A stretch of 64,000 bases of DNA. It comes from a virus. The position numbers were made by a program, and so were the translations under genes. This document shows positions 48,678 to 56,998 of this stretch, piece by piece (the stretch's first letter is position 1; every line of letters starts with the position of its first letter). Where the stretch lies: positions 1-64,000 of IMG/VR virus record IMGVR_UViG_3300005573_000054; one strand, written 5' to 3'. The notes below the pieces were generated by a model. The model saw nothing but the letters and a program-made list of their open reading frames with translations. It was not told the DNA's origin and searched no databases.

Positions 48678-49834
48678 ATCGAAACGACACTCTAATGTAT
48701 AAACAAGTAATTGCTCAAGTAAATAAGGGTAAGCTCTTCGAAGACAAGGAGATACTCAAGCTTTGTGATAAGTACGGTACAAGTGTAGCTCACGTTCAGA
48801 CAGAACGAGGGTGGACAACCGAAGATAAGGAAATTCTTACACTTCATAAAAAGTCTGGATGGACTGTTGCCCATCAACAGGCAGAACGTGGATGGACAAC
48901 AAATAACAAGGAGATACTCAAGCTTTGCAACAAAAGCGGTATAAGTGTAGCTCACGTTCAAGCTAAACATGGGTGGACAACTGAAGACAAGGAAATACTC
49001 AAGCTTCATGATGACTTTGGGCGGACTGTAGCTCATGAACAAGCTAAACAAGGATGGACCACTGAAGACAAAGAAATACTCGAACTTTGTGATGTCACTG
49101 GATGGACTGTAGCTCATGAACAAGCTAAACAAGGATGGACTACTGAAGACAAAGAAATACTCGAACTTTGTGATGATTCTGTATGGACTGTAGCTCATGA
49201 ACAAGCTAAACAAGGATGGACTACTGAAGACAAGGAAATACTCGAACTTTGTAATGACGATGGATGGTTTGTTGCCCATGAACAAGCTAAACATGGGTGG
49301 ACAACTGAAGACAAGGAAATACTCAAGCTTCATGATGACTCTGGATGGACTGTAGCTCATGAACAAGCTAAACAAGGATGGACTACTGAAGACAAGGAGA
49401 TACTTAAACTATGTAACAACCCTGGATGGACTGTAGCTCATGAACAAGCTAAACAAGGATGGACTACTGAAGACAAGGAGATACTCAAGTTAAGAAACCA
49501 GTATGATCGGACTGTTGCTCATGAACAAGCTTCTCACGGATGGACGATAGAAAACAAGAAAATACTTAAGTTGAAAGATAAACATGGTACAAGTGTAGCA
49601 CATTTACAGGCAGAGCAAGGATGGACAACAGAAGATCCAGAAATCCTTTTACTCACAGATAAATCAGGGACTACCGTCGCAGAAATTCAAGCAAGGCGTT
49701 CAGGTTGGTTACCAAGTGAAGACACTCAAGAAAAGATACGGCAAGAGCTCTGTAAATCTGCGGTAAGGAGGTTCAACAGTTTAATAACAGCTGCTTCGAA
49801 AAAGTTTTTCCAACAGACTCTGAAAGGAGAGTAA
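48674..49834 (+). CDS. Ankyrin-like repeat protein 10 (11 repeats, type II C-cap)
   Basis: Same architecture, with a run of near-identical recent repeats at ~49020-49480. Confidence 0.9.
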   Translation: MNRNDTLMYKQVIAQVNKGKLFEDKEILKLCDKYGTSVAHVQTERGWTTEDKEILTLHKKSGWTVAHQQAERGWTTNNKEILKLCNKSGISVAHVQAKHGWTTEDKEILKLHDDFGRTVAHEQAKQGWTTEDKEILELCDVTGWTVAHEQAKQGWTTEDKEILELCDDSVWTVAHEQAKQGWTTEDKEILELCNDDGWFVAHEQAKHGWTTEDKEILKLHDDSGWTVAHEQAKQGWTTEDKEILKLCNNPGWTVAHEQAKQGWTTEDKEILKLRNQYDRTVAHEQASHGWTIENKKILKLKDKHGTSVAHLQAEQGWTTEDPEILLLTDKSGTTVAEIQARRSGWLPSEDTQEKIRQELCKSAVRRFNSLITAASKKFFQQTLKGE

Positions 49835-49867
49835 TATAGAAACCACAACCTAAATGAGGTAAAGAAA

Positions 49868-50461
49868 ATGAAAGTATTTACTTTTAAGCAAGCGGTTGCC
49901 CAAGTAACTAAAGGTAAGTTCTTTGAAGATAAAAAAATCCTCAAGCTTCACGACAAGAACGGGTGGACTGTTGCCCATGAACAAGCGAAGCGAGGATGGA
50001 CCACCGAAGACAAGGAAATACTCAAGCTTTGTGATAAGTACGGAGTGAGTGTAGCCTATGAACAAGCGAGACATGGCTGGACCACTGAAGACAAGGAAAT
50101 TCTCAAGCTTTGCAACAAAAGCGGTACAAGTGTAGCTCATATACAAGCGAGATATGGCTGGACTACTGAAGATAAGGAGATACTCAAGCTTCGTAATAAG
50201 TACGGTACAAGTGTAGCACACGAACAAGCGTACCGAGGATGGGTAACAGAAGACCCTGAGATTCTAGTTTTAACTACCATAAGTAACTTCCTAGTAGCAA
50301 AAGTTCAAGCATGTTATTCAGGTTGGACTCCTGAAGGGGAAACCAGAGAAAAGTTCGTACAAGAACTCCAAAAGAATTTCCCAGTGGAGAAAGTACAAGA
50401 AATACTTTACGATATTGATGATCTAGCAAAAAAGTATTTCAAGAAAATTTTGTTAGAATAG
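49868..50461 (+). CDS. Ankyrin-like repeat protein 11 (4 repeats, type I C-cap)
   Basis: C-cap nearly identical to that of 41758. Confidence 0.9.
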   Translation: MKVFTFKQAVAQVTKGKFFEDKKILKLHDKNGWTVAHEQAKRGWTTEDKEILKLCDKYGVSVAYEQARHGWTTEDKEILKLCNKSGTSVAHIQARYGWTTEDKEILKLRNKYGTSVAHEQAYRGWVTEDPEILVLTTISNFLVAKVQACYSGWTPEGETREKFVQELQKNFPVEKVQEILYDIDDLAKKYFKKILLE

Positions 50462-50472
50462 GAGGTGAGAAA

Positions 50473-51384
50473 GTGGAGTCGTATACTTTTGAACAAGCGT
50501 TTATTCAAGTACTTAGTGGCAAATTTTTCCAGGACAAAGAAATACTTAAATTATATAACGAAGATGGACGGACTATTGCTCATGAACAAGTAAGACAAGG
50601 ATGGAGAACAGAAGATAAAGAGATACTCAATTTATATGACAAAGATAGATGGACTGTTGCCCATCAACAGGCAGAACGTGGATGGACAACAAATAACAAG
50701 GAGATACTCAAGCTTTGTGATAAGTACGGTACAAGTGTAGCTCACGTTCAAGCAGAACACAGATGGACTACTGAAGACAAGGAAATACTCAGGCTTTGCA
50801 ACGACTCTGGACGAACAGTCGCTCATATTCAAGCATCTCATGGATGGACTACAGAAGACCTAGAAATCCTCAAGCTTTGTGGTAATCTTGAATGGACTGT
50901 CGCTCATGAACAAGCAAAACAAGGATGGACAACAGAAGATCCAGAAATCCTCAAGCTTTGCGACAAGAACGGGTGGACTGTGGCTCATGAACAAGCACGC
51001 CAAGGATGGACTACTGAAGACAAGGAGATACTCAAACTTCGCGACAAGACCGGGTGGACTGTTGCTCACGAACAAGCAGATCGAGGTTGGACAACAGATG
51101 ACAAGGAGATACTCAAGTTATGTAATATCTTTGGTCGGTTTATCGCTCATGTACAAGCGCTTCGAGGATGGACCACAGAGGATCCAGAGATTCTAGTCTT
51201 GGCCGCTTTTAACAACTTAACAGTAGCAGAAGTTCAAGCAGAACATTCAGGATGGGAACCGGAAGGAGAAGTCAAGGAAAAGTTCGTACAAGAACTTCAG
51301 GAGAACTTTCCTAAGGAAATAGTACAAGAAATACTCTGTAACATTGATAAGTTGAGGAAAAAGTATTTCAAGAGAATCTTATAA
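50473..51384 (+). CDS. Ankyrin-like repeat protein 12 (8 repeats, type I C-cap)
   Basis: Same architecture. GTG start after AGGAGGTG. Confidence 0.9.
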   Translation: MESYTFEQAFIQVLSGKFFQDKEILKLYNEDGRTIAHEQVRQGWRTEDKEILNLYDKDRWTVAHQQAERGWTTNNKEILKLCDKYGTSVAHVQAEHRWTTEDKEILRLCNDSGRTVAHIQASHGWTTEDLEILKLCGNLEWTVAHEQAKQGWTTEDPEILKLCDKNGWTVAHEQARQGWTTEDKEILKLRDKTGWTVAHEQADRGWTTDDKEILKLCNIFGRFIAHVQALRGWTTEDPEILVLAAFNNLTVAEVQAEHSGWEPEGEVKEKFVQELQENFPKEIVQEILCNIDKLRKKYFKRIL

Positions 51385-51399
51385 ACGGGAGGTGAGAAA

Positions 51400-51588
51400 A
51401 TGGAAACATATATTTTTAAGGAAGTAATCATTCAGGCAAAACGCTCAGGATGGATGTTGAATGAAGATATTCAAGAAAAACTACAACAAGAACCTTGTAA
51501 ATTTAACGAAGAAAGATATAATAAATTAGTATTATCAACTAATAAAGCTTCAAGACAATTCTTCCAAAATATCCTAAAAAAAGAGTAA
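51400..51588 (+). CDS. Repeat-less array member (N-cap fused directly to type II C-cap)
   Basis: METYIFKEVIIQA|KRSGWMLNEDIQEKLQQEP..., with an intact SD. Confidence 0.7.
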   Translation: METYIFKEVIIQAKRSGWMLNEDIQEKLQQEPCKFNEERYNKLVLSTNKASRQFFQNILKKE

Positions 51589-51593
51589 CAAAA

Positions 51594-52472
51594 ATGAATA
51601 TAAGAAACTATAATCTAAGCGACGAAGAAATTCTAGAATTACCTATTGAGAAACAACGTCTAGTTGCGTATGCCCAAGTTCAACGTGGGTGGACCACAGA
51701 AAACAAAACAATCCTCCAACTCTCTTTATACTGGGGACGAACAATAGCTCATGAACAAGCCAGACAAGGATGGACAACAGAAGATAAAGAAATACTTACA
51801 ACAGTAGATATTTTTGGAGAATATGTAGCTCATATTCAAGCGCAGAATGGCTGGGTTACGGAAGATCCAGAGATTCTTAAACTTGCTAACAAAGAAAAAC
51901 AAACAGTTGCTCATATTCAAGCAGAACAAGGATGGACAACAAATAACAAGGAAATTCTCAAACTTTGTAACTCTAGAAAATGGACTGTTGCCCATATTCA
52001 AGCTAGACGAGGATGGACAACTGAAGACATAGAAATCCTCAAGTTAACTAACAAGCTTGGTCAGTCCGTCGCTTTTTTCCAGGCAATGAATGGATGGACT
52101 ACAGAGAATCTAGAAATACTCAAACTTCACGATAAAAATGGGTGGACTGTTGCCCATGAACAAGCTAGACGTGGATGGACTACAGAAAATTTCAAGATTC
52201 TTAAACTAGCTGACAAAAATGGATGGACTGTTGCTCATGAACAAGCTAAGCGTGGATGGATTACAAGAGATTTAAGAGTTCTTACTATCAAAGATATGAG
52301 AAACAATACAGTAGCTGAAATACAAGCAAAACACTCTGGATGGACTCCTGATGATGAACTCGAGAAGAAGTTACTTCAAAAGCTTCGAAAACGTTCTGTA
52401 GAAGAAGCATCAAGAGTGTTGAAATCAATAAACGATTTATCTCTAGAGTTTTTTAGAAACGCCTTTAGATAG
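51594..52472 (+). CDS. Ankyrin-like repeat protein 13 (divergent caps)
   Basis: About 8 repeats with the same consensus. Confidence 0.88.
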   Translation: MNIRNYNLSDEEILELPIEKQRLVAYAQVQRGWTTENKTILQLSLYWGRTIAHEQARQGWTTEDKEILTTVDIFGEYVAHIQAQNGWVTEDPEILKLANKEKQTVAHIQAEQGWTTNNKEILKLCNSRKWTVAHIQARRGWTTEDIEILKLTNKLGQSVAFFQAMNGWTTENLEILKLHDKNGWTVAHEQARRGWTTENFKILKLADKNGWTVAHEQAKRGWITRDLRVLTIKDMRNNTVAEIQAKHSGWTPDDELEKKLLQKLRKRSVEEASRVLKSINDLSLEFFRNAFR

Positions 52473-52486
52473 TAAGGAGGTATAAA

Positions 52487-53335
52487 ATGGATGAAGATCG
52501 GTCTCAAATTCAAATTATGGAAAAGAAGTATCCTAAAAAGAAACTTCTAGAAATTGTTGATGAGACTCTGAAGAAAACTCTTGCACATGAGTTAGCCATC
52601 CAAGGAATGATTACAACTTCAAGAAAGATTTTACTTACCGCTGATAGAAATGGGAGAACTGTTGCCCATTATCAAGCTCTCTCTGGATATGTAGTTACAG
52701 AATCAGATATTTTAAAACTTGCTGATCTATGTGGAACGACGGTTGCACATCTACAGGCAAGTAAGGGATGGACTACAAAATCAAAAAAGATCTTAAAACT
52801 AGCTGATATAGATGGATGGTCAGTAGCTCATGAAATAGCTAGCAAAGGACACTTTTTTCCAGAAACTCAAAAGGAAGTTTTAAAAATCAGCGATATAAGC
52901 GGGTGGACTGTTGCCCATGAACAGGCAAGTAGAGGATGGATAACAAACGACAAGGAAATCCTCAGTCTTTCTACTCTTAGGGGATGGACTGTTGCTCATG
53001 AACAAGCAAAACATAAATGGACCACAGAAGATCCAGAGATACTAATGTTGAGAGATAAAGAGAAGTGGTCTGTGGCACATGAGCAAGCGTATCAAGGATG
53101 GACTACAAATGATATTAATATCCTTAAAATACGTGATGCTCTTGGAGTGTGTGTGTCTATGGTTCAGATCGAAGTTTCTGGGTGGATTTATCCTTCCAGT
53201 TTGGAAGAAAAGTTTTCCCGAGATTGTTTGTCTCTTATGAAGAAGATTTACACCAAAAAGGGTATTAATATGTTCCCGGAGGAGGAAAAAGATGGAAAGG
53301 AAGTTAAAACCAAGACAAGTAGTTTGCTCTTGTAA
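52487..53335 (+). CDS. Ankyrin-like repeat protein 14 (most divergent)
   Basis: D..GWTVAHEQA..GW repeats, more degenerate than the others. Confidence 0.88.
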   Translation: MDEDRSQIQIMEKKYPKKKLLEIVDETLKKTLAHELAIQGMITTSRKILLTADRNGRTVAHYQALSGYVVTESDILKLADLCGTTVAHLQASKGWTTKSKKILKLADIDGWSVAHEIASKGHFFPETQKEVLKISDISGWTVAHEQASRGWITNDKEILSLSTLRGWTVAHEQAKHKWTTEDPEILMLRDKEKWSVAHEQAYQGWTTNDINILKIRDALGVCVSMVQIEVSGWIYPSSLEEKFSRDCLSLMKKIYTKKGINMFPEEEKDGKEVKTKTSSLLL

Positions 53336-53609
53336 AAACTGTGGAGTAACATTTTCTTATGAAACAATATCAGGAACTCGTAGAAAATACTGTTCAGAAA
53401 AATGTAGAAAAGAGTCATTTGAAAGACGTCTTCAAAATAGAGTTTCCAGACCAAGAAAAAAGTCACTCGAGAACAAAAAAATATTTATCTGTCCTAAGTG
53501 TAGAAAGAAACATAATGATGGATACAAAGATTATAAAAACTCTTTAGAAAAACCTAAGTGGAAGTACTGTTATGAATGTAAAAGATTAGTCTCACAGTAT
53601 AACTTATGA
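53292..53609 (+). CDS. Cys-rich zinc-ribbon protein
   Basis: CKNC..YCSEKC and CPKC..CYEC, with a GGAGG SD. Confidence 0.7.
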   Translation: MERKLKPRQVVCSCKNCGVTFSYETISGTRRKYCSEKCRKESFERRLQNRVSRPRKKSLENKKIFICPKCRKKHNDGYKDYKNSLEKPKWKYCYECKRLVSQYNL

Positions 53610-53634
53610 AATAACTTTAAGAAAGGAGGTTAAG

Positions 53635-53952
53635 ATGTTCGAAAGCTTTGTAGAAGAGTTTGTTAAGAAACTCTGTGAAGTCATTCCTGGTCTTGCGTAT
53701 ACTTATGAAACATCAACCACGACTTACACTCTTAAACATAGTTCACGATCTCTTAAAGACGTCGATCCTGTATATAGCTTCATGCTAAGTTTTGTTTTAA
53801 AGAGATGTTTTCCTGAGGAATCTCATGTAAAAGTAGACGTGGATCACGAAATATACATCATAAATGAAGAAGTAAGAGAAATACTCAGTCTATGTGAAAA
53901 GTTACAAGTACAAGAAACCAAAAAAGAACAAACAAAGAGTAAGGAGACGTAA
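53635..53952 (+). CDS. Hypothetical protein
   Basis: AAAGGAGGT SD, 105 aa. Confidence 0.7.
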   Translation: MFESFVEEFVKKLCEVIPGLAYTYETSTTTYTLKHSSRSLKDVDPVYSFMLSFVLKRCFPEESHVKVDVDHEIYIINEEVREILSLCEKLQVQETKKEQTKSKET

Positions 53953-53974
53953 AACACTCGGGCGTGCCTCCACT

Positions 53975-54052
53975 CGTTGCACCTCCTTTCATGACTACTA
54001 ACATCTTCTTCTGAGTGGTAGATTGACCAAGATGTCACTACCACTCGATTTT
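53975..54052 (+). ncRNA. Putative small RNA/regulatory unit, copy 1 (anti-SD + hairpin)
   Basis: CACCTCCTTT followed by stem GAGTGGTAG/CTACCACTC and a T-rich tail. Duplicated 146 nt downstream. Confidence 0.45.
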
Positions 54053-54120
54053 CATATCTCGAATAAAAATGAGCTGCCATAGGTTCCCCCACGACTTATG
54101 GTACCTGTCACACTTTTTTC

Positions 54121-54199
54121 CGTTGTACCTCCTTTGATGGTCTTAACGACTTCTCCAGAGTGGTGGATTGACCAAGATGTCACCACCACTCGTTTTTTT
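54121..54199 (+). ncRNA. Putative small RNA/regulatory unit, copy 2
   Basis: TACCTCCTTT followed by stem GAGTGGTGG/CCACCACTC (compensatory pair relative to copy 1) and T7. Confidence 0.45.
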
Positions 54200-54235
54200 C
54201 ATTTAAGGAAAACTTAAACGGTAAGGAGGACTTAA

Positions 54236-54604
54236 ATGGACAAATATAGAATATGGGACAAACATGAAAAGAGATGGCTTGTAAGAAATGCTACAATCTG
54301 GGACCTAGTTACTTTATTCCAAAATAACCCAGTGTTTACAGAACCTACTGAGTCGCTTAAGAAACGTCTAGTCTTTCAGAGGTCCACGAGAATCACAGAC
54401 TTGAAAAGAAGAGAAATCTTCGAAGGTGACATAATCAAAGATATGAGAGGTCAGAGGTGTGTGATCGTCTATGAATCAAGTATTGATCAAGCAGGTTTTG
54501 TAGCAGAGGAGATCTCGAAAAACACCGAGAAAACCAAACAGTGGTACTGGATGGGTCTGGTTATCGGAAACGTCTTTGAGAACGAGGAACTGCTCAAGCC
54601 GTGA
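54236..54604 (+). CDS. YopX-family protein
   Basis: KYRIWDK, QRSTRITDLKRREIFEGDII and VIGNVFENEELL. Confidence 0.85.
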   Translation: MDKYRIWDKHEKRWLVRNATIWDLVTLFQNNPVFTEPTESLKKRLVFQRSTRITDLKRREIFEGDIIKDMRGQRCVIVYESSIDQAGFVAEEISKNTEKTKQWYWMGLVIGNVFENEELLKP

Positions 54605-54622
54605 TGTGTATCATCTCCAGCA

Positions 54623-55172
54623 AGTGACTCACCACATAAAAAACGATACCGCAAAACTCCGCAGACGGTCTAGCGAGTTCTGAGATCACGTGGGCTATAT
54701 ATTTACATAGCGACGACAAAAAATGAATTTTTCACCCAAGACTTAAAACTCAACATTTAAAAACGACACCACTTCAGAAAGAGATTCTCGAGTAACTCGA
54801 GTTGCACTCCAGACACTTAAAACAAGTCAACCTCAAGACAACTCAAACCGTATACCAAAACACCAGTGACTCACCACATAAAAAACGATACCGCAAAACT
54901 CCGCAGACGGTCTAGCGAGTTCTGAGATCACGTGGGCTATATATTTACATAGCGACGACAAAAAATGAATTTTTTTACCTAAGCATCAACGTAGTTGTCC
55001 TGATATTCTGAGATTACAAGGGTAATATTCTCTCAAAGATGAGTCGAGAAGCAACAGAGGAACAAGAAGATCCAGTGATTCACCACATAAAAAACGATAC
55101 CGCAAAACTCCGCAGACGGTCTAGCGAGTTCTGAGATCACGTGGGCTATGTATTTACATAGCGACGACAAAA
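54623..55172. repeat. Three ~100-110 bp direct repeats (54623-54732, 54865-54974, 55074-55172)
   Basis: AGTGACTCACCACATAAAAAACGATACCGCAAAACTCCGCAGACGGTCTAGCGAGTTCTGAGATCACGTGGGCTAT...GACAAAA. The core recurs near 57273 and 58103. Confidence 0.95.
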
Positions 55173-55307
55173 GAAGTTACAAATTTCCCATATAGGTCTA
55201 ACACAGACTCGATAGAACCCCAAGTCTACCATCACTGTATTTAATATACTATCCATATATTTATTTAGAAGAGTGATATATATCCGCGGGGAGAAAGCCC
55301 TCCTTTA

Positions 55308-55334
55308 AGCTACAACTCTTCCAGAGTTGTAGCT
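55308..55334. repeat. Perfect 12-bp inverted repeat
   Basis: AGCTACAACTCT-tcc-AGAGTTGTAGCT. Confidence 0.85.
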
Positions 55335-55410
55335 AATGTTATATAAATTATTATATAATCGTTATATAAGTTATCGTCATATAGACTACTATCCTGTAAT
55401 CTAGGAGATT

Positions 55411-55721
55411 GCTATCCCACAATATAAGAGATTGCTATATCCCAATATAAGCTATCGTTATACACTTCGATATAAGAAATCGCTATCCCACAATATAAGA
55501 GATTGCTATATCCCAATATAAGCTATCGTTATACACTTCGATATAAGAAATCGCTATCCCGCAATATAAGAGAGTGCTATATCCCAATATAAGCTATCGT
55601 TATACACTTCGATATAAGAAATCGCTATCCCGCAATATAAGAGAGTGCTATATCCCAATATAAGCTATCGTTATATACCTCGATATAAGAAATCGCTATC
55701 CCACAATATGAGAGACTGCTA
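55411..55721. repeat. 71-bp tandem repeat, 4 full copies plus a partial copy
   Basis: Units start at 55411, 55482, 55553, 55624 and 55695. Confidence 0.95.
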
Positions 55722-56545
55722 TTATACGCTATTACTTATACGCACTACTGCTATACAAGCTGCTGTTATAGAGACTACTGCTATATAAGCTGCTGCTATA
55801 TAATATAAGCCGCTGCTATATAATCGTCTATATAATGCGAGCTACTATTGTATAGACTGCTGCTATATAGACTGCTGCTTGTGTAATCCCTAAATATTAT
55901 CTAAAGATAATTTGGAGATGTGACATTAAGATTGCGAGAAGAAACCCTCTATTAGACAGCAGCTATATAAGCTGCTGCTGTATAAGTTGCTGTCATGACA
56001 TTATATCTTCATACTATTCCAAAAATATTCGAGAGTATTTGGAATTGACGACTATTATAGATTGCAGGGAAATCCCTTATTATGTAGTAGTTTGCATAAA
56101 CTGCTATTGTATGATCGTTTATATAATCGTCTATATAATGCGAGCTATCACTATATAAGCTGCTGCTATATATGCTACTGCGATTATATGCTATCGCCTA
56201 TATAAGCTGCTGCTATATATGCTACTGCTATATAATCGTCTATATAATGCGAGCCATCACTATATAAGCTACTGCTATATATGCTATCGCTTATATAAGC
56301 TGCTGCTATATATGCTATCGCCTATATAAGCTGCTGCTATAGAGACTACTGCTATATATGCTACTGCTTATATATGCTACTGCTATATAAGCTGCTGCTA
56401 TATATGCTACTGCTATATAATCGTCTATATAATGCGAGCTACTGCTATAGAGACTACTGTTATATAAGCTGCTGCTATATAAGCTGCTACTATATATGCT
56501 ACTGCTTATATAAGCTGCTGCTATACAGTATAAACTGCTGTTATA
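55722..56545. repeat. Degenerate ~15-bp minisatellite (TATATAAGCTGCTGC / TATATATGCTACTGC)
   Basis: Dozens of GCT(A/G)CTGCTATATA units. TATATAATCGTCTATATAATGCGAGC recurs at ~55817, 56120, 56229 and 56414. Confidence 0.9.
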
Positions 56546-56734
56546 TAGTTATCACATTATCGCTTTTCTATCTATCATTCCAAATATTATATTAATATTA
56601 GTATATAATTAATAACATGATAAAGAGCGATAATATTAATAACAAATAACAGTAGTTCACCCTACTATCTTTATTGCGGGTTCCCTGTAGGTTGTGCTGT
56701 AGGTTTACAGTTTCTCTTAGCGGACAATAATCTT

Positions 56735-56998
56735 TTAAAAGAGGGTAGAGCTCACCGTTACATCTTCTCCGTCGTCTATACCGGTCTCTAGAACATGCCC
56801 TCTCGGGGAGTGAATCCTCGTCGACTCTGAAGCAGGCCCGAGTGTGGTGACGATCAGGTCTTTCCTTATCATCTCTAAATATATCACTTTATATACGGAG
56901 TAGGGAAATGATGTTAGCAAAGATGTAAGCAGCACCAGTAGAGATGTAAGTGTACCATTCACCTTCCTCGATCTTGCTCTTTTTGACTTCGATTTCAC
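56735..56998 (-). CDS. Possible small exported/membrane protein
   Basis: AAGGAG upstream of the GTG at 56998, with a basic N-terminus then a hydrophobic stretch. May be spurious. Confidence 0.3.
   Translation of the reverse strand: MKSKSKRARSRKVNGTLTSLLVLLTSLLTSFPYSVYKVIYLEMIRKDLIVTTLGPASESTRIHSPRGHVLETGIDDGEDVTVSSTLF

Larger units (their letters stand above)
40507..53335 (+). repeat. Tandem gene array of 27-aa (81-bp) ankyrin-like repeat proteins
   Basis: Consensus EDKEILKLxDxxGx(T/S)VAHxQAxxGWTT, about 100 copies over 14 genes. Confidence 0.95.

Noticed and set aside
40747-52032. Many antisense and alternate-frame ORFs over the array (e.g. 48692..49375, minus strand, 227 aa)
   Set aside because: These are shadows of the 81-bp repeat lacking stops in other frames. 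They have no SD and no independent features.
40507-53335. Diversity-generating retroelement as the source of repeat variability
   Set aside because: No reverse transcriptase or non-coding template repeat is present in the window, variation is not confined to adenines, and mosaic tracts point to recombination. An RT elsewhere in the genome cannot be excluded.
54623-55172. CRISPR array
   Set aside because: Repeats of ~100-110 bp and spacers of ~100-130 bp are far outside CRISPR sizes, there are only three copies, and no cas genes are present.
55411-55721. CRISPR array with 71-bp period
   Set aside because: Whole units are near-identical, so there are no unique spacers.
56374-56595. 73-aa Cys/Tyr-rich ORF
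   Set aside because: It is a translation of the minisatellite and has no SD.
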